Origin: Eledone cirrhosa
Taxonomy: Eukaryota
DNA: 64,000 nt
Direction of reading: 5' to 3'
Assembly: GCA_964016885.1 (NCBI GenBank)
Contig: OZ024740.1
Coordinates: 143,096,001 to 143,160,000, forward strand
Position numbers and translations under genes: made by a program. The first letter of the stretch is position 1. Every line of letters starts with the position of its first letter. Positions 52,801 to 61,800 of this stretch are shown piece by piece. The notes below the pieces were generated by a model. The model made no database searches. It had not been told where the DNA came from and worked only from the letters and a program-made list of their open reading frames with translations.

Positions 52801-55800
52801 CACCTCTCTAGCTACATTACTGATATGAGCATAGAAGGAGGTGGATTGGCAGAATCATTAAATTTATTTATGGCCCATTATGTTTTGAGCACATATTTCA
52901 CTGAAATCAACTTTGCCTTTCATCCTGCTATTGATAAAATAAAGCACCAGTCATGTTCTGTGGCTGGTTAAATCTTTTATATTATACCAACCTTCAAAAT
53001 GTATAGCCTTCTGTCAATGTTAGAAAGCAACATACATCTGCAACTATAGGTGAAAAATTGGAAGGCTCTTTAGAATGTTAGATTATATGTTGCATGGTAT
53101 TTGTTCTGGTTCCTGTGCCCTCAATTCAAATCCTGCTGAGGTCTCCTTTCATCTTTTCAGGGTCGATAAATAAAGTACCAGTCCAGGAGCAGTGGGTCTG
53201 CAAAATTGTTACAGCACATGTCTGTGGAATACACAACCACTGATACCTTAATTAAAGATGGATTGTGCCTGTAATTCAAAGGCCCAGCCTTGTCACATAA
53301 TGTGTCATACTGATTCTATCTAAAAATTATATCAAGAGTACATGTTTCTATTGAATATTTCATCACTTACTCTTTAATTCCTGAGTTGGACACTCAGTTG
53401 ATGAAATGACTGAATGTTCATTTTCGAAGCTGATAGAAGATTGATCTCAGAATCTAATAAAATGTCTCATACCTTTCGAAGAATCATTGTATGTGGTCAC
53501 TCGGCACTGTATATTTTCATTTCGTGTTTTTCTTGGTACAGCCAGTTTAATAATATCGCCTCTCATTTCTTGTTTACAGGAAATCTCAATTGTTTGCTTA
53601 CTGAAATAACATTTACATGTTTCTTTTCCAAGTGAATTCAGTTTCAAAGAGGTTGCCACATCATCTACACTCTTTACCATATAATCTAAGATGAAAATAG
53701 ATTATAGTAAGAAAATGAGTCATGCTGTGAATATTTTAAGCTGTGATATGATCACAGCAACCTCAATATTCATGTTATACATTATATACATATTTTAGGA
53801 TTTTTATCCATCTACAGTAGATATTTACTTACTGCAGAATACTAAGGTAAGAGAAGACTATATCTTCTTATGTAGGTTTTGTAAATAATCTATTTTTATT
53901 GATAGGTTATTTACAAATAGTACAAGTTTGAAGAAATAGTATTAATTACAGATAACACTAACACAGTGTGATTCAAATTTAAGGCATATATGGAACCTAT
54001 ACAATATATCTAAGTATAATAAACATACACATAGTTTCACTGTGAGCATTATAAGTTGCCATCAGCAATTTTAATAGAACTGTCTACAACTTTGAGGTTA
54101 AACACTTGTAGTCACTATAGAGCTTTTAACCCAAAATTGGTTTATAGAATAGCTGGATGTAATAATTCCTATGATCTTTGGTGTGTTATGTAATTTTATA
54201 TGTAAGTAATGTAATTTTATATGTAAATATTGAATAACTGTTTCATGAATCATTTTTAAAATCTATCTTATTTATTTCAGTTATTGTGATATAAGTGTCT
54301 GTCAATTTATTTGATTTATGCCCATCTATATTATTGTGTTTTATATGGGTGTATTCAGTGTCTCCGAAAACATTTTTTGTGCATCATAAAATGACTACAG
54401 GGGAAAAAATAACAAGCAAATTCCACACTGTCAGTTGTACAGCATATTTCAGCTATGCTCTGTAGACATAATGACAAGCGCATTCCCACAAAAAAACAAC
54501 CAGCAATATCTTGCATCAGTCATTCTATCTCACTGGTCTCCCTTCCTTCAGGGGTTTGCCAAAGGAGAACAACAGTTCAGAGAATGAGAACACTGGATTG
54601 TTGTTTCATCATCATCATCATCATCATCATCATTTCATTTTACGTCCGCTTTTCCCTGCTTGCAAGGGTGGGATGGTAACTGATTCTGGCTTGATTTCTA
54701 CAGCTGGATGCCCTTTCTAACACCAACCTCATTTACAGTGAGTGCTGGGTGCTTTTTTTCCGTGGCGCCTCCACAACCACTTTACAGTGGAATGATAGGG
54801 ACCCCAGTCCCTATCATCTCATTTCTACAGCTGAGTAAACTGGAGCAATGTGAAATAAAGTGTCTTGCTCAAGGAAACAACACATCACCCAGTCTGAGAA
54901 TTGAACTCACAACCTTTCGATTGCAAAGCCAATGTTCTAACCACTAAGCCATGTGCCTCCATTGTTTATAACAACTAAAGACTGTATCAAAGAAACGTTT
55001 AGCAATTACTATAATAGAGGATAGCCTGATTAAATCATGCTACTATATATGTAAATATGACCATTATTGCTCCATCAGTTCACAAACACTTAGCAAACAC
55101 CCTAAACTGAAGGCCAACTCCAATTCACCCTCCAAATTCTTCAAACCAAGCACATACCACCCATTTTCCTAAACTCAGTATTCCAAACCAGTCTGCAACA
55201 GCCACCAAATGCAGAAGACAGACATTATGAAGATGCAGCTGTCATATTACATAGTTTCTATATAATAAAGCTAATAAAGCATTGTTGAAACATGTCAGAT
55301 TTGAAAGTAAGCTAAATTCTATACTTCTAAAAGTCTAACACAATGTAACCATTTTCTTTGGAAGATTGCATTGAAGAAACATTTATACTCACAAACAGAT
55401 TCTTTTTTGCGATGAAAGGAAGCTTTTGTGAATTTTGAAGTTTCATATAAATTTAACATTAAACTTGAATTGTCTTCCCATATATTTTTTATATCATTTC
55501 TGTGTGTTGATGGAGGGACTGTTTGCAAAAGTTGCCTTTCTGGCTGCAGTTTCAAAGATTTCATAGAACCAGTTATGCCAAAAGTACCTTTACTGACCCA
55601 TGTTGTTTGTTCTTGAGACATCTTTGGTGTTGTTTGAAACAAAGTACTTCCAGAATATGTATTGATTGTGCTATCACCTGGAATATGGAATTTCATGAGA
55701 TCTGTTCGGTCAAAATGTTCAATCATGGAAGGATATCCAGTTGTGGCATATGGCCTTTCAGATTCTGTTGTTTTTTTATACTGATTTGTAAAGAACTTTG

Positions 55801-58800
55801 TATGAAATTGCTGTTTCTTGGAAGAACCTGAGATAACTGAATGAGTATCTTGGGTTGTTCCACCAATATTGGTTTTCCGATCGTCTTCTGTAAAATCAAG
55901 GACAGGTGTGTTGTAGAATGGAATGTTACTCTGTAATGTTTTGGGGAATAATTTTTCTTTCTGATCAGTTTTAGTGAAATTGCTATTAAATGTGGTCAGC
56001 ATGTGAAGGGGTACTCCACTTGTTGATGCTCTGTGATCGATAGAATCTTGGTAATTAACAAAGCTGGTATATTCTGGTAGTGGAATATTTTCATCAGTTA
56101 GATCGGTTTCTGGACTATGTTGAACTTTAGTGCTATCTATCTGGGTTGTTTTAAGGAATTTACTTTGATCTCTCTGTTGCGACTTGTGATCAATATCTGT
56201 GACACTATCTTCATCCTTTCTCTGAGGAGTCATTGTTACGGATTGTTGAATAGGAATTATGTCTGGTTCAGTATCAAATTCAGAATGCTGGAGGGAAACA
56301 GGTTTATGATCCAAATACTTAGTAAATTTTGTCATATTAATATTTTGCTCTTCAAGTTTTATTGCTGGAGTCTTTACAGTCGGAGTTTTCTTTTCAATAA
56401 AATGTGTCATACCTTGGTGCTTTGTCCGAAATAAATCTGAGACAATTCCTGTGGCAAATTTCTTTTTTTCTTTTGGGACAGATCTTGTTAATTGTCGAAG
56501 TGTATCAAAACCAGGAAAATGCTTTGTATGGTCAACACCAGTTTCTATTGATGAATGTGGGTCATGACTTTCTCTATGTGAAACTTTTGAAGTAAGGCCT
56601 ACATCCATAAGTTGACCAAATAATAAAGTTGAAGGAAGATCTAAAAGCGTTTTTAAATGTTTTTGATCTGTATTTTTGTCTAATATTGATGACATACCTG
56701 AAAATCTTTGACGTGTAGCAGAAATTCTTCTAGTAGACGATAGTTTGGGTTCAAGAGATGACAACCTACCCATTTTATTTTTCTTGGGAAAATCTTCAGA
56801 TTTAGTTGACAGCTTCTCTTTAGTGATATTGGCAGTAGAAATAATTGAAGATAAGTCATCAATCGGTTTTGATGATGCATTAATGGTAAGGTCTATCTTT
56901 TGTTTTTCATCTGGCAATCTAGGGATCATAGTAGGGTACACATGGGTCAGTTTTAAAGCTGAGTGTAACTCAATCTTCCTAGTTTTGTTTACTAAACCAT
57001 CTAAAGATTTTAGGGCAGTGTTCAGCAATGTTACATTGGTAAAAGTCTTTGTTTTCATATCAGATATATCCACTGGTAACTTATGACTATCAACATCGTT
57101 TAGCCCAGTTTTAGTTTGTGTTTTGCCTTCCAATAATAAGATTTTGCCATCATTTGGTGGTTCTAAAGTGAAAGTAACAAATGTTGGAATACCTCCACTG
57201 ACTTTTCTGTCTAAATCATTGTATGCTACCTCCTTTTCTTCTTTGATTCGTGCAGTTGCTGCAATCTTTATTTCATCTATATCATGATGCTTATCAGTGA
57301 AAGAGGTTTGGTATAAGGAATCATCATTTGTTTGATGATCAGTATCTTGAGGCAATGTTTGTGTTACTTTACTAAAACCTTTAGCTAATAATGTTGGTAC
57401 TTTTATCCAACTTCTACCATTTGATTTTATAGTTATCTGTTGGCTTGGATGTAAAGTATCATGTCCAGTTCTATTACTAGATTTTGAATATGTACTTAAT
57501 TTATGTTTTTCTAATGTTGTTTCAGCAACAGGTGATACTATTTTAGTTGTTTCAGAAATTGTTGATTTATCACTAACCTGGAAAGTATCAATTACATTAG
57601 TTGGATCATAACTCATCATTCTATCAGTATAGTTTGATGTATGGTGTGATGTATCATCAAACTGTATTATTTGGGAACTTTCTAATTTGTCTGCATCATG
57701 TGAGGTACTATGTACTTTAGTTGGTCCATAGCTAATTGACTTGATGGTTCCATCTGAGGTTTCATCTGTTTTTCTTGGTAGATAATCTCCTACTTTACTT
57801 GAACTATGTGAAATAGCATCTAGTTCTAATGGATCATAACTTCTCAATATATCAGTATCTTGTGAAGCACCATCCAATTTAGTTGATCCATGCAACATGC
57901 TATCTGTTTTTACAGGTTCATACCTTTTTGCTCCTTCAGTTCTATGATACATAATATCAGTTTTAGGTGGTTGAACAGTTTCTAATTTTTCATTTTTATG
58001 CCAGGAACCCTCTAATCTATCAATGTCACTCAAGCTAATATCTTGTTTAGTTGATTGGTAAATTCTAGATTTGCCAGTACTATTCAACATAGGATCGAAT
58101 TTAGATGGTTTGTGGCTTTTTGATTTATCTGTAACATGTGAGATATCACCTGTTACAGTCCTCTCCTGACTTCTGAAGTGATCAGTCTCCTGTAAATGGC
58201 TATCAGATGTATATGATCTAGAACTCTTCCTTTCTTTGATGTCTAATATACTATGTTGTTTCACAGGTTCATAGCTCCTTTGTATGGTAGGACTATGAGA
58301 GACACCAGTTAGTTCAGGTATTTGATAACTTGTTAATTTAACACTACCATCTGTTTTCGCTGTTTCTCCATGCAGTGATGTATCATTAATGATATGTAAG
58401 TCAACATCTGATTTAACAGTTTCATCACTTTTAACGTCACTCTTACCATGCCAACCACCATGAAGTTGTGTTGTTTTATATATATTTGGTTCTTCTAGAC
58501 TATGTGAGGTATTATGTTGTTGGAGTCCTGCATCTGTTCTTGTTTCTGATATATCATACAAGCTACCATTTGTTTGAGACAGTTTATGACTTTTTAATTC
58601 CTCTGTACTATATGAAATTCTGTCTCCTGGAGATGATTTATGTCCATGTATTCCATCTATACTCTGAGAAGTACGATCTAGATAAGTTGGCCCGTGTTTG
58701 TCATGTTCATCTGTATCGTGTACTATGCCAGCTAACTGAGATGGTTCGTGCACATGCAATCCAAATATACTCCCTGAAGAGAAGATTTCTGAATAATGTG

Positions 58801-61800
58801 GTCCATGCATAATCGACTTTCCCATACCATGTGAAATGCCTTTTAAATGAGATGGCTCCTGCTTATGTAGTGCACTGGTAACATGAGAGCTTTGATCTGT
58901 TTGAGTCGGTGCATGTCCATGCAATCCACTAATACCATGCAAGGCATCATCTGTTTCAGTCAGCTTGTGTCTGTGCAGTTTGCCTATACCATCTAATTCA
59001 GGTAGTTTATGTCTATTCGGTTCACTTATAACAGATGAGATACCATCTGTTTGAACCAGCTCCTGCCCATGGGACATTTTAAAGCCATGTGAGATACTAT
59101 CTAATAGAGAGGGTTTATAACTAGCGAGTCTACCACTAGTACCATGTAAGACACCATTTAGTTGAGTTGATTCAAATGGATTCAGTTTACCTGCATCAAC
59201 GTTCAAGGTACCTTCTAACTGAAGCTGTTCCTGCCCATGTGACGTGCCAGTACCATGTGAAGTACTATGTAACTGAATCAGTTTATGTCCATGTAATTCA
59301 CTAGTACCATATAAGGTACCATCTGAATGAGTTATTTTATAGTCATCCAATTTACCTGTACCAATATTGAAGGCATCATTAAACTGAGTTGGTTCAAGAC
59401 TATGTGATTTATCTGTACCAAACAAGGTACTTTCTTGTTGAAATTCACCTGTACTGTGTACAGTACCATCTAGTTGGGTTGGTTCAAGACTATGTGATTT
59501 ATCTGTACCAAACAAGGTACTTTCTTGTTGAAATTCACTTGTACTGTGTACAGTACCATCTAGTTGAGTTGGTTCAAGACTATGTGATTTATCTGTACCA
59601 AACAAGGTACTTTCTTGTTGAAATTCACCTGTACTGTGTACAGTACCATCTAGTTGGGTTGGTTCAAGACTATGTGATTTATCTGTACCAAACAAGGTAC
59701 TTTCTTGTTGAAATTCACTTGTACTGTGTACAGTACCATCTAGTTGGGTTGGTTCAAGACTATGTGATTTATCTGTACCAAACAAGGTACTTTCTTGTTG
59801 AAATTCACTTGTACTGTGTACAGTACCATCTAGTTGAGTTGGTTCAAGACTATGTGATTTATCTGTACCAAACAAGGTACTTTCTTGTTGAAATTCACCT
59901 GTACTGTGTACAGTACCATCTAGTTGGGTTGGTTCAAGACTATGTGATTTATCTGTACCAAACAAGGTACTTTCTTGTTGAAATTCACTTGTACTGTGTA
60001 CAGTACCATCTAGTTGAGTTGGTTCAAGACTATGTGATTTATCTGTACCAAACAAGGTACTTTCTTGTTGAAATTCACCTGTACTGTGTACAGTACCATC
60101 TAGTTGGGTTGGTTCAAGACTATGTGATTTATCTGTACCAAACAAGGTACTTTCTTGTTGAAATTCACCTGTACTGTGTACAGTACCATCTAGTTGAGTT
60201 GGTTCAAGACTATGTGATTTATCTGTACCAAACAAGGTACTTTCTTGCTGAGTTACTTTATGTCTGTGAGATATACCATCTAAATGAATTGGTTCAAGCC
60301 TATGTGACATATCTGTACCCTCTAATTTAGTTACTTTATGTCCATGAGATGCACTTGTACTATATGAGGTACCATCTAGTTGTGTTGGTTCAAGACTATC
60401 TAATATATCTGTACCAAACAAAGTACTGTCTTGCTGAGTTACTTTATGTCTGTGAGATTGATCTGTACTATGTAAGATTCCATCAAGTTCAGTTGGGTCA
60501 AGGCTATGTGATTTATCTGTACCATGCATAGTACTATCTGACTGAATCTGCTTGTGTTCCTTTGATTCATTAGTACCATGTGATATATTGTATACATGGG
60601 TTGATTCATTTTTCCCTGATTCCTCTCTATCATATGAGATACTTTGAAATTCAATTATCTTGTGTCCTCTAGCTTCATCTATACCATGTGAAATATTATG
60701 TAGTTTGGTCTCTTGGTAAAATAGTGCTTCTTCTGGACTAAATGGGGTACCATTTACTCTGGACAGTTCATTTGTAGTACCATTTAGTTGAACTGTACTG
60801 TATCTATGTATCTCTCTACCATATAAAGTACTTGGTAACTGAGTTGCTTGTTGTTGTCTTAATTCCTCTATATCGTCTTTAGTATGGCTTAAGTGAATCA
60901 GTGTATGCCCCACTGAATCACCCCTACCATCTGAGACTTCATCTAATTGAGATGGTTTATGTTCATACATTTCTTCTATATCACTTAATATTCTGTCTGG
61001 CTGTGTTGGTTTCTCATATGTCCTTGATACATCTTCACCAAATGATACACCATCTTGATGAGATGCTGTGTATAGTTTTTTTTCTTCTTTTTTCTGCAAG
61101 ATACCGTCTACCCAAGTTGGTTCAGATTTTCTTGATTCCTCTGTTTTATATGAGGGATTGACTTCTTGAGTAGGTTTTTTCACTTTTATATTTTCATAAA
61201 AACTGCTATGTGTTTGAGTTGATTTGTAGCTATGCAATTTATCACTACTATATATGCTACCATTAAGCTCAATTGTTTTAGGGCTTCTCGATATATTGAT
61301 ATCATGTGTGGTACCATCCAATGTAGTCGATTTAGATCTCATTAATTTATGTTTACCTGATGATGTTACTTGTAGTTCAGGTGTGTTATATCCTTTTATT
61401 TTATCAGAACTCTTAAAGGTAACTCTTGTTTTAGGTGGTTCCCCACTGTGTAAGTGATCAACGTTTATGGTCAGTAGATGGCTTCTGGATTTATCAGTAC
61501 TTTGTAAAATACCATCTATATATTTGTGGTCTTTGCTTTGTAATTTGTCATTTCCCTGTAATGTACTATCTGGTTTAGTTGGTCCATATCTTCTCAATTC
61601 TTTGATGCCAAGCAAGGTAGTATCTGACTTAGCAATATCAAGTTGATCCTTCAGACTATATTCTGAAGTCCTATTAAACTTGTTTACACCTTTCTTAGTT
61701 TGATGCTCTCCTTCTAAAGTACTGAAGTCTGGTTCTGCCTCAATATCACTTGCACTTCTAGTATAACTACTCTCTTTCAAGGATTTTTGACCTTGCTCAG

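Noticed and set aside
55319-55392. C-terminal tail of the 2769-aa ORF (CEYKCFF...)
   Set aside because: It is intronic read-through past the GTGAGT donor at 55392.
59389-60330. 313-aa plus-strand repetitive ORF
   Set aside because: It is the antisense shadow of the 90-bp coding repeat.
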